Assembly (NCBI GenBank): GCA_026025795.1
Contig: JAPEUG010000047.1
Coordinates: 47,666-67,665, forward strand
Direction: 5' to 3'
Source: Thelocarpon superellum
Taxonomy: Eukaryota
DNA: 20,000 nucleotides
Notes under the pieces: generated by a model
The model's database searches: none
Told to the model about the DNA's origin: nothing
The model's input: the letters and a program-made list of their open reading frames with translations, nothing else
Shown: piece after piece, positions 1 through 10,051 of the stretch
Layout: every line of letters begins with the position of its first letter
Position numbering within the stretch: the first letter of the stretch is position 1
Made by a program: the position numbers and the translations under genes

Positions 1-1827
1 TTGCCCAGACGATACAGCGGATTCAAGGCCGACGTGACCATGGATTGGATCTCCAGCTTGGACTCGTACGTCAACTCGGAACCATTCGGCGGGGCCGGGA
101 TGGACGGTGATGCTCCTCGTGCAGTCGGGACATCGTCAGGGCTGGCGTCATCTGTCGCTGGACCGGCGTCACCTGCATGTGAGGCTTTCCGTCGCTGATG
201 CGAAGAGGCCGACCGCTGGGCCCGCGAAGCGCCCCGCTGGGACGATCGATGTCCGGCAGGTCGGTCGGCGCGCGACTCGCGCTCGTGGGGCGGGGAGTAC
301 TCCACGGGCCCGTAGTCAGGCTCGACGCGGGATGTATACTGGAAGGGGGAGCCCGGTCGGGTGGTGGACTGTGGCGAGGAAATGGAGAGCGCGCGAGGAC
401 TGGAAGGATCTGACGTCGTGGGCGAGAGTCCGGGCGACCGAGAGGGGTCAAAGGGCGTCTTGAAGTGTTTCGGCGTGAAGAGGGATGGGCCGCCGCGATC
501 GCGGGCGCTCTCCGACGCTTGCGACGCTTCGACTTCACGAAGGAGCGACTGCAGGAAGCTGGGGCTCGCGGCCGAGCTCTCGCCCGTGGCGCGGTTGACA
601 TGGATGTTGTTCGTCTGTTTGCGCGCCGTCGGGGTGGACGACTCCCCCACAGCGTCATGCGAAGACTTGGCTGGATCGAGGTTACGTCGAGTGTTGGGCC
701 GCTTCAGCTTGCGCTCCGGCTCTGGCACGGGCGACGGGTCGACCGGGGAACTGGTCTTGGATTTCCGCTTCCGCTTTCGTGATCCCGGCTCCTCCATCTC
801 CTTGGCTTTTTCCATCGCTCGCCATGCCCGCTCTTCGTCCGCCGCCTCGGCCGATGACGACGACTGCGCAAGGCCGGCTGAGGTGTGTGCTTCTAGCAAG
901 GCGGAGCGCGTGCTGCGGAACATGTTGGCTTGTCCTCCCTGTCGTTGAGCGACCTCGTAGCGGCGTTGCCAAGCTTGAAACTCTCGTCGTTGGTTGGCTC
1001 GTGTCTGCTCCGAACGGCGATACTGGGCGAGCGATCGATTATCGTCAAAGGGCATGTCGAGGTCCAGGTTGAGGTTGTCCCAGACAGACTGCCATACGCG
1101 CGCCCAGGGTTGGTCAGTGGCTTGGTGGTGTGATCGTAACCGGCGCTGCTGACCACGCGTCCGTCGGTCAGAAGTGTGATGGGCGGTACGCGCATGTCCG
1201 GTAGGGCGATTGTAGGGGTCAAGCGCGCGTTGCACCGCGCAGTTCTCACAGAACCACGGGCCAACAGGCACGGCGTCCAAGCCCACGCAGTACGTATGTG
1301 AGGCTACATCACAGCCATCGCACAGTAGCAAGACCTCCTCGTTGTCGTCACCTTTGCAGAATGGGCACGGCGCCACGTCGATCTCCTCTTCAAAGATCTC
1401 GTCAACGAGCACGGATGGGTCGATGTCGGCGACTTGTGTGCGATCCGCGACTTCATAGGAAGACACCGTCATACCTATCACGCATCAGTTTTGTCAATAA
1501 TCATCGACCGGTTGCGCGGCTGCAGAAGACTTGGGCCCTACCTCCAGCTTTGGTGCTCAGATCGACGGAGTTGAATCGTTGCCGGCAAATGGGACAGCTA
1601 TTCGCTCGCTCCACCCATGGCTTCAGACACTCATCGTGTAGGTTGTGACCACAGGGGCGCAAGTGCGCGATCATGAAGACTTCGTCTCGAGTGGATTCGA
1701 CTGACGCGGCCCGCTTGAACTTCGGATGGCCGTCATGGAGGGGGCTGGCGGCCCTCGGCAGTAACGAGGTCGGCTCCACTTGGGCATCGAGCTCGCCGAG
1801 GCAGACGATACACGTCGCCGCCGACAT
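1..1827 (-). CDS. PHD and RING finger domain protein (Asr1/SPCC126.07c-like putative E3 ligase); appears to run off the left edge of the window
   Basis: ATG at 1827. Exon 1 (1827-1542) encodes a RING finger (CIVC...CGHNLHDECLKPW...CPIC). Intron 1541-1475 (GTAGGG...CTGAT...TAG). Exon 2 from 1474 encodes a PHD finger (CPFC...LLLCDGCD..SHTYC..L..VP.GPWFCENC), then WARVWQSVWDNLNLDLDMPF. Confidence 0.9.
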
Positions 1828-1973
1828 GGTAGGCACTTGATAGAGAAGTCGTGGTGAGATACGCGGGCACGGTAGATGAAGTCATATGGATTGTGGGGGG
1901 GCGAGGGTGGAGGAAAGGCAAATTCGAGATTGAATGAAGAACAGCGACTTAGGATTCGTGGGGTGAACCGACG

Positions 1974-1979
1974 TTTATA
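1974..1979 (-). promoter_or_regulatory. Putative TATA box (TATAAA) of the PHD/RING gene
   Basis: TTTATA on + reads TATAAA on -, about 150 nt upstream of ATG 1827. Confidence 0.35.
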
Positions 1980-2017
1980 GGTCCGGTAATGACGCGCTAA
2001 ACTCGACTGGGATGCCC

Positions 2018-2024
2018 TGAGTCA
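2018..2024. promoter_or_regulatory. TGAGTCA, Gcn4/CpcA (AP-1-type) consensus site
   Basis: Exact TGASTCA heptamer about 190 nt upstream of the PHD/RING ATG; single copy. Confidence 0.3.
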
Positions 2025-2096
2025 GTGACTTTTGGAATCAAGACTGGCGAGGTTGTAACAAGGACGCACCGACCAGTCGTTTAGCCCCCAGCCGCG

Positions 2097-2130
2097 AGTT
2101 GCAAGTTGCCAGTTGCCAGTTGCCAGTCGC
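2097..2130 (+). repeat. Short 7-bp tandem repeat (AGTTGCC/AGTTGCA), about 4.5 copies
   Basis: agttgca agttgcc agttgcc agttgcc agtcgc. Confidence 0.8.
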
Positions 2131-2794
2131 GTGTAGCGAGGGCGGAGCGCTGATTGCTGAGTGGTGGTCGCCGCGCTATCTCCAGTCCGCCGTGATTCGT
2201 CCTCGAGAACACTTTAGCCATCTTATCCAGCACCTGACCGCAGCTGCCCTGCGCAGGCACACCACCTCCCACCGCCTGCAAAGTTAGTGCCTGCGCCGTC
2301 TGCACATGGCCCCTTGTGCCGCGTCCCATGTGTCCCATGTTTCGCATCATCAACACATGACGAGAGACGATTCGCGGCCTACCTACCTTGGACCAACATC
2401 GTGGACCAAGTTGCCGATCGCGCTGCAGCAACGCCGTAGTCTCACGATGTAATCATCCGGGAAAGAGTGCAGCTCAGCACCTCAACCGCTGCTCAGCGGC
2501 TCGGCGGCTCGGCGTCCAGGGTCATCCCTCGCTTTCCGCTGACGTGGGACCATGGAAAAGTACCTGCATGTAGCGGGACTGGCGCACTCCATACGGCTTG
2601 TAGTATCACAGATCATCATATTTAGACTATCGACCCCGACCGTAACTCGGGGAGGAACGGGATGGGGAGTTTGGGATCTTGAAATTCGTAGTGTTGCTTG
2701 CTACCGAACTGTAGGTCGTCTCCATCTCAGGCGAAAATGGCAGCAGAGCATCCTACTCTGTGACTCGTTGACCCGTCATTGCATCCCTTGCCAT

Positions 2795-3296
2795 TCAGAC
2801 CTCCGCGATCTCTCTTAACCGTCGAATCGTTGATCGTGTGGCAGCCGCAGCCGGCGTTCTGGGATCAGGTCAGTCCTCCCATGCCGCCCGATCGAGACGC
2901 CACGCGAGACGCCCGGGGTCCAGTGATATCAAGAACTTACGATACAACCCACGCGCCACCAGCAACCGTCTTCTTGCACCCTTTGCACGTCCAGATGCCC
3001 ACCGAGTGTCGTTTGACCGTATTCTTGCCGCAAAAAGTACACGTATATCGAGCATGCTGGGTAATCTCCATCTTCTTCACCTGCTTGCGGAGCGAAGCGC
3101 CATATCTGGCATCAGGGCGATAGATCAGCGCGGTTCGTGACCAACGCGCCTTTCGTCGGGGTTGTCATGAATTCAGCCGGTGAGAGATGATCATACCTAG
3201 TACCGTATTTGCCGGTGACGCCGACCTCTGGGAACTGTTAATATGCTTGCTCGTAAGTTGGACTTCGAATGGCTTACTCTTCGTCCGCTTCGTCAT
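2795..3296 (-). CDS. RPL43: 60S ribosomal protein eL43 (L37a), 92 aa, 4 exons
   Basis: Exons 3296-3278, 3227-3197, 3105-2941, 2858-2795 splice to [92 protein letters not shown], with a C4 zinc ribbon. All introns are GT-AG. Confidence 0.98.
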
Positions 3297-3395
3297 CTTG
3301 AAGAGGTGTGAGATTCGATGATGTGACTTTAAGACGGAAAGTGGCTGTGGCACCTCTGATCCATAAGTGCGACTTCTTCGCTTGCCGTGGGTTTC

Positions 3396-3404
3396 GGCCC
3401 TAAG
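3396..3404. promoter_or_regulatory. GGCCCTAAG (TTAGGGCC on -), resembling the AGCCCTAA/Tbf1-type ribosomal protein gene promoter element
   Basis: About 100 nt upstream of the RPL43 ATG; 7/8 match to the AGCCCTAA motif reported for ascomycete RP promoters. Confidence 0.45.
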
Positions 3405-3838
3405 TGCGCTCGCTTCTACGGGGGACCGTTGCGAACATCCTTGCAGGGTCTCGAGGCGTTAGGTAAGCAATCTCTCGAGTGCCTCGGGGCCCTTCGGGCG
3501 GGCGCAAGTTCCTCCGTAGTTAACCTCGGCATCTCTGTAGACGGAACGCCGCTTCTGCGTCCAGCTCTCCCAGTGCTCCCAGAGAAGCTAGGCGACCGAC
3601 GATGACGAAGTCCAACAAATGAAAAGTCCAGGTAGAACCTCTTGCCTCCGTTACTCATCCGTGTACTCTACATGTTCCTCATATGGCCGCTCAATTGCAA
3701 TTGTATTCAGCTACTTGACCTTCACTTTACTCGATCTCGAAGCTCTTCGACTTGCCTTCCCGCCCCTTGGTCCTGCTGCCCCGGGCATTTGGACCAGAGC
3801 CATCTTCTCTCTTCAGCTTCTAGGTCTCAACCAGCAAC

Positions 3839-5463
3839 ATGGTTTCGCTGAATCGTGAATATGAGCTGGTTCTATTTGGAGCGACAGGATTCACGGGCCG
3901 CGTGACCGCGGAGCACATTGCCACCTATCTTCCGTCGGATCTTGTATGGGCATTGGCTGGACGTTCAGCTAACAAGTTGAATCAACTCAACGAGAAAGTC
4001 CGGCTACTCAATCCTGACCGGCTGTCCCCGGGTACGTACCCGCTGCGTCTCTCACACTGTGCTGGTCATCGTGGGCGTCGTTCAAGCGCTGACCTCTTCA
4101 CATTGGTTCATCTGTAGGCATCGAGATAGCCGAGCTCAATAAAGAGGATCTTGATGCCTTGGCAAAGAAGACGAAACTCGTAATTGCTGCTGTGGGCCCT
4201 TATTCCTTGTATGGAACAGATCTGGTCGAAGCCTGCGCTAGAAACGGGACGCATTACTTGGACGTGTACGTGCCCCCGCTCCCGTTCAATGTAGATCTCT
4301 AACCTGTGATGATCAGCACTGGCGAGACTCCCTGGGTATATCAGATCATTCAAGATTACCATGAGCAGGCCAAGGCAACTGGTGCTATTGTGAGTATCTG
4401 AATCTGTCCCGGGCGCAAGGCGGGACGCTAATAAAAGTCTGCAGATGATCCCTCAAATCGGCATCGAAAGCGCTCCGGCCGATCTCATGACGTGGACGCT
4501 GGTCACTGCGCTCCGAGAGAAATACTCCATCACGACGGAGGAAGTGATCTTTACCATACACCGGATCAGGTATGGCCCAGTGATCTTCCTTTAGGCCCTC
4601 CTTCTCTGACGGAAACGCAGGGGAGAATTCAGCGGCGGCACGGCAGCCACGGTTCTGTCGATTCTGGATGTCTATAGTGCTAAGCAGTTGGCGCGGTCCT
4701 TTGCACCGTGGGCCTTCTCACCTGTCCCCGGAGTTGCCTACAAGGATCCGGGCGCGATCGTTGGGGTGCGCCACGTGCCAGAGCTAGGCACGCTGACCAC
4801 ATCTCCTAACGGACGTACCGACCGAACGATCGTCGAGCGAAGCTGGGGCTTGATGGGACAAGGTAGCGTGTACGGGCCGAGGTTTCATTACCATGGATAC
4901 ATTACCGTTCGGAACACGCTTTTTGCCGTGGCCTGGCATATTCTCTTCACCACCTTCGCCGCCTTGCTCTTCCTTTCCCCCGTGAGGTAAGACTCTCAGG
5001 CAACCCGGAAGCTCAATGTTCTGTTCTAACATGAACAGATGGTTGCTCAGGAAGCTGGTCTACCTGCCCGGCACGGGAGCATCACCTGAGTACGCAAACC
5101 CCCTCTCCTTAAGAAGATTCAAATGGGCCCGGACCAAGCTAAGAATGACCTTCCAGAGCCACGAAGAGGGAGAGCATTGAAGTACGAGCGCTGGCAATCA
5201 GCAGCCCCATTGAGAACGTCAGCACCGGCGCTGTCTCGCGGCATCGCGCTCTGGCGAAGATGCGGTACAAGGGCGGGATTTACTACCTGACGGGAGTATT
5301 CTTAGCGGAAGCCGCCTACGTGCTTCTGCGCGGCAGCGCAGATGACCAGGTTCTGGCGAAGAAGCTGGGCGGTGGCATCTTGACCCCTGCCACCCTCGGC
5401 CAGCCCTTTATCGATCGGCTCGTCAAGGCTGGGGTAGAGGTGGAGGTGGAGGTGTTGGACTAG
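3839..5463 (+). CDS. Saccharopine dehydrogenase-like oxidoreductase (SCCPDH / trans-acting enoyl reductase family), about 420 aa, 7 exons
   Basis: Rossmann motif LFGATGFTG, WALAGRS, VGPY..YG..LVEACA.NGTHYLDVTGE, GIESAPAD, SGGT, and C-terminal GGILTPA. Exons 3839-4031, 4118-4265, 4317-4389, 4445-4569, 4621-4986, 5039-5089, 5157-5463 stay in frame. Confidence 0.9.
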
Positions 5464-5621
5464 CGAATCCTCTTGGCCGTGCGCTCCATCTTTAATGAAC
5501 GAGCGAGCAGTGAAGCCAGAGTCACAAGAGTAACAAGTGTCTAATGATCTAAGAACGAGTTGTAGATGAGACCCAGCTAGATAGTACCCAGAACTTCATA
5601 ATCCCACACTCATCGTAATAA

Positions 5622-7066
5622 TCACAAAGTACTCTTCCCCCCTCCTTCCTCTGCAAAGCCAACCTGGGAAAGCCATTCGCCGACGAAGGCATTAACATGC
5701 TTAGCGGCCTGAACGAGCGCCCAGTGGCCAGCCTCGACCTGCTTCTTGGTCAGGTGCGGAATGAAATGGTCCATGCCCTGCGCCAAGGCCGGCGGCAGCG
5801 CTGCGTCGCGCGCTGCGGAGATGAAGAGGACTGGCTGCGAGATAGTTGAATTCGATAGCCTATAGGAGGTATGGTTGGCTCAGAGTGTCTTGATGGCTGC
5901 GAAAGGCCCGAGGGGGGAGGGGGGAGGGGGAAGGGGGGAGGAGGGTCGAGAAAAGGGGTTTGAGAAGAGAAAGGGCGGAGGGCTTACTCTAGCTCGTCTT
6001 CGTAGTTCTGCTGTCGTGTGCGGTACCAATTCACTGGTTGCCTTGTGCTCAGCGTCTGTAGGCCATGGGAGACGGTGACGGAGGCGCGGGAGACTTACGA
6101 GGGCCGTGCATTCCGTGCTTGGCGTACTCTTCGACGTAGTGGTCAAGTTCCTGTCGAACTGTCAGGGGACAGACTTCTTTCCCATCACGGTGCTGTGAGA
6201 TGCCTACCTGCTCACTTAGCAGCGGTGTCTTGCCCAGCTTAGGCAGCACATCGAGGGCGATTCCCTCGGCGGTGTTGAAGCCGACCTCGCCATTCGGGCC
6301 TCTGCCTCCAAACATGGCATTCAAAAATTGTTTGATCTCCGTCTTGCTCTTGACATGGGCCTCAATCTCGGGACCGGCGAGATGGACTTGGTATCGCAGG
6401 CTGGGTAGTCGCTTGACGAGATCGTCTAGAGAAACCCAGTCCTTGGTCGGCGGAAAGTAAGGCGTGCACACCGAAAAGATATGCGTGACCAGATCTGGGT
6501 GCCAGAGCGCCACGCGGAAAACGATACTGCCGCCCCAGTCGTGGCCGCCAAGGATGATCTTGGGTGCTTCTAGCTGCCGCGCGAGTTCCTTGATGTCGTC
6601 TGCCGCCCGTTTGTGCCCGTACAGGTAGAGTGATTCCGGCGGCACTTGGGGCGCATCCTAGACTCATCAGTCTCTGGCTCCCATCTGAATAGAAATCTCA
6701 TGGCATACGGTGCCGCCATAGCCCATCACATCAGGTACCACGACCCGCAATTGCCTGTCCAGCAAAAAGGAGAGCTGGTTGCGCCATCCATATGAAAGAT
6801 CGGGCCAGCCATGAATCTAACGCCTAGTCAACCAAGCCGTCTCCGAGAGAGTGTTGGAGACCTTGAGATGGGAATAGGTACCAGGAAGATAGTAGCTTGG
6901 TACTTCTGATCTTGGGGTACTCCGAGCAGATAATCTGTGGAAGGTCCGCCCGGGGTAAGCTATGAGGTACTCAAGCACGTCTCGAGGCTACGCCTGGGCA
7001 GTGCTCACGATATGTTCGTCCATGGACATGTGCGGTGTGGTGCGTCACCCTAGGATCGAGTGCCAT
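5622..7066 (-). CDS. Soluble epoxide hydrolase-like alpha/beta hydrolase, about 334 aa, 7 exons
   Basis: HGWP oxyanion motif, PDVMGYGGT, GGHDWGG nucleophile Asp, LNWYR Tyr, ARDAAL acid, GHWAL His; ends KSTL*. Exons 7066-7009, 6934-6882, 6816-6709, 6657-6208, 6150-6099, 6033-5988, 5859-5622. An alternative in-frame ATG lies at 7117. Confidence 0.93.
5912..5945 (+). repeat. G-run tract (G6-A-G6-A-G5-AA-G6) in the last epoxide hydrolase intron; G-quadruplex motif
   Basis: Four runs of at least 5 G separated by 1-2 nt. Confidence 0.8.
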
Positions 7067-7898
7067 TGCGGATGATCCGTTTCGAAGCTCGACTGATGCT
7101 AGGTGATGCGGGTACATCAACAATGTTTCTGGTCTGTTGTGTGGCCCCCGCTATATACTTTTACAAGGTGGGGGGCCTCGGTAAATCGCTGGAAGCCCCG
7201 CAAGTTGGCGCTGACCCTAGAAGGGATGACCTGCGCGTAGTTTAGCTACCGTGTCAAGTGTGCACAAAGTACCTCGTACCTTCGTACTTCGTACTGACGC
7301 ACCCCGGTAAATTGACTGGACATGGGTGGTTTATTCTACGGAAGCTATCCGTCGTTCTAACATACAGCTATTGTGGGTCACGTGCGGCGGCTCACTCAGA
7401 AGCCTCGAGCTCCCGTATGGAGCCTCCACAGTACAACGCTTTCATCCTTTGGCTTTCCAAAGCCAACAACTTATTGCTCATCTTGCTCCTGGAGGATTTT
7501 CTCTTGTCCGAGAGGCACGACCAGTTTATGCTGCGTCGTGGTACGTTTTCGAGTGGATGCTACTTAGCGAGATAGGGGCAAGGTAGCTAGTGTGAGGCCC
7601 GGGCCACCGTGCTGCGCTGTGGAAATGTGAACAGTTAGAGGGTCGTCAGGCAATCAGCCGTGTAACCTCGCGTACGGTTATACGCGATGTTGCTCGCCCT
7701 GATCCCACCCTCATCCTCAGTCTCATGTAACAAGTATTGAATTCCCCCGCCAAATACACCTACCGACTACTGATAATAGTAGCAGGCGTAGTAAAAGGTC
7801 TATACCTTGTCTTTGCCAAATGTTCGTAAGAGGTGACGCTCACGGCACACTACACGTCTCCGCCGAGGTATCCATGAACCCTGTAAGTCGAGGCACTT

Positions 7899-8970
7899 TC
7901 AGTAGATCACAGTATCCTCCTCGGCTTCGAGCACGATCTCTCCGCCATCCACGTCGTCGGGATGCTCCTTGATGGGCTCCGAGGTGATCTCCGTCGCCTT
8001 GTTAAAACGCGGCGGTTTTGAGGCATCGTCAGTGGGCTCGGACATGGGATGCTGCGGTGGATTGGTCTCCGAACCCACCATGTGCTTGTCTGGTGGCTCT
8101 GCCGACTTCTTCGAACTGACCCCGTTGGAGCCGTTAGCACCAGTTGCTCGAGGAACATCACCGTTGGCTTCCGTCGTGTCTTTACGTCTCCGAGTCTCGA
8201 AATCGTGGCATTCTCGCTCAATTGTCGCCTCTGCATCCGCAATCTGCGACTTGATCCGTGCTTCATCGCTTCGGAGAAGGTCCCAAGGCTTGTAGTACTG
8301 CACGAACCGATCAGCATCTACGTCGCCACTCCAGAGGATGGTCTCCTACCAGTCGGGGCTCTGTGGTTGTCTGGAGAAAGTGTGCCATTGCTAGGGTATT
8401 GGCATGGCCGATTCGCATCTGTGCTTTCCATGAGAAGGTGCCGCGTGGGTTATGCTCGAGATCAGTGGACCAACCGATTGCTCGTCCCATTTCTTCTGTT
8501 CCTGCCGTCGCACGGCGATGAGCTGATCGAGCTCGGCCCGTTTCTTTTCGTCGTACTCTTCCGCTTGTAACTTCAGCTTAGCTTGTTGCTTCTTTTCAAT
8601 GTCCACGCGTCGCCGCTGTGCTGTCGAGGAGGAGCTTTGGGAGAGGGTGCCGAGCAAGGCTCCAAAAAGTCGCCGTCCCCGCTTGCGTTCCGTGGCATCG
8701 GAGAGACCCGATGATCGACGGTTGCCCCCCGATGTGGGAGTCTCGCCGTCATCGCGCGCAACGGGCAAGCTGCTAGTATCAAGACGAGGTCGTTTGTTGC
8801 TGCTATCCGATGAACCAAATGACTGTTGGCGTTTCGAGGAATCAGGTGGACTCGGGGCTGTTGTCGGCGCCTCGGGAAGAAGCACGGCGGACGCCAGTGG
8901 CCTAATCCACGTCAATTGTAGGCTTCTTTGAGTCTCTGAATACCACGACTTACGCGGGATCCGCGGCCAT
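7899..8970 (-). CDS. Pinin/SDK/MemA domain protein (splicing/EJC-associated), about 303 aa, 4 exons
   Basis: ERKRGRRLFGALLGTLSQ...RRVDIEKKQQAKL, FLQTTTEPRLYYKPWDL, and C-terminal EAEEDTVIY. Exons 8970-8954, 8901-8475, 8418-8350, 8297-7899. Confidence 0.88.
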
Positions 8971-9365
8971 TTTCTCCTTTCGACTTGTCGGCTGTCTCCA
9001 CCTTCGAGACTTGGCCTGTCGAGTATCTCGTCATTGCAAATATCTCGTCGCACGCAGCTGTCCGGAGAGCTAGTCCATTATAGGATTAGCCCATCCACTC
9101 GCAGGGATGTCCAGCGACTGGAGCTCTCTTCCATGGAAGATTGCCGAAGGACGCTGACCAACGAAAGACGCTGACTTAAGCACAACCCTACGATCGAATA
9201 TGACTTTGCCCTCAGGGTCAGGGCCGAAGTGGTATTTTCATCTCACACTCTCCCTGAACAGAGTCAACATTTTCAAGGGGCTTTCCCAGGATCCACTTTG
9301 TATCAGACAGACAGCCCTCCGTTTCGGACATTGCTGGAGGCGAACAGCATACTTGGTCTGCCACT

Positions 9366-9808
9366 ATGTCTCGCCACCATCCGTAAGTCTTCCCTCCCAT
9401 CATTTTCTAGGCAGAGCTGACAGTGGCATTTAGGGATCTGGTCATGTGCCGCAAGCAGTCTGGAATTGCCATCGGTCGCCTCTGTGATAAGTGTGATGGC
9501 AAATGCCCAGTCTGCGACAGCTATGTGCGGCCAACGACGTTGGTGAGGATCTGCGATGAATGTTCCTTTGGAAATTATCAGAACAAGTGCGTGGTGTGCG
9601 GTGGCGAGGTGAGGCAGGCGCAATCCTATCCAATCTCTCAGATCTGTTACTGACTGGAATGCTTCACGGGTAGGGAATCTCTGATGCCTTCTACTGCTTC
9701 GAGTGCACGCGGTTAGAAAAGGATCGAGACGGTTGTCCGAAGATTATCAACCTGGGCAGCTCGCGGACGGACTTATTTTTCCAGCGCAAGAGCTTCAGAA
9801 ATCATTGA
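9366..9808 (+). CDS. RDS3: Pre-mRNA splicing factor Rds3/Ini1 (PHF5A, SF3b subunit), 108 aa, 3 exons
   Basis: Exons 9366-9382, 9434-9608, 9674-9808 give [108 protein letters not shown]. Confidence 0.98.
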
Positions 9809-10051
9809 GGGTCGAAGAGATGCACTGCAGCAGACTCTACGAAGCCCTGGTCCATCGCGATATCATGAGACACAATATCTGCCTTGGCGGCCTTGATGGA
9901 CATGAGTAAGGATGCTCCCACGAGGATTCTGAGACGGTGTATGCTAGAACAAGTGATAACAATGCCCTGACAGGATCGAGCGCCGATTTCATACCATGCG
10001 ATACCATATCTACCCATCCCCACCATGACAATGCCAGCGCCCGAAGCCCGC

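Noticed and set aside
2859..3196. Intronic box C/D snoRNA in RPL43 introns
   Set aside because: CTGA motifs are present, but there is no proper RTGATGA box C or terminal stem
3288..3610. 10-bp inverted repeat CTTCGTCATC / GATGACGAAG mirroring the RPL43 start
   Set aside because: A match this short is expected by chance and does not extend
7268..7294. GTAC-rich micro-repeat (TCGTACY) echoed in reverse at 14261-14283
   Set aside because: Low-complexity short repeat with no spacer structure; not CRISPR-like
7258..7586. Overlapping intergenic ORFs of 64-105 aa
   Set aside because: The listed starts are non-ATG, with no recognisable motif or convincing splice model
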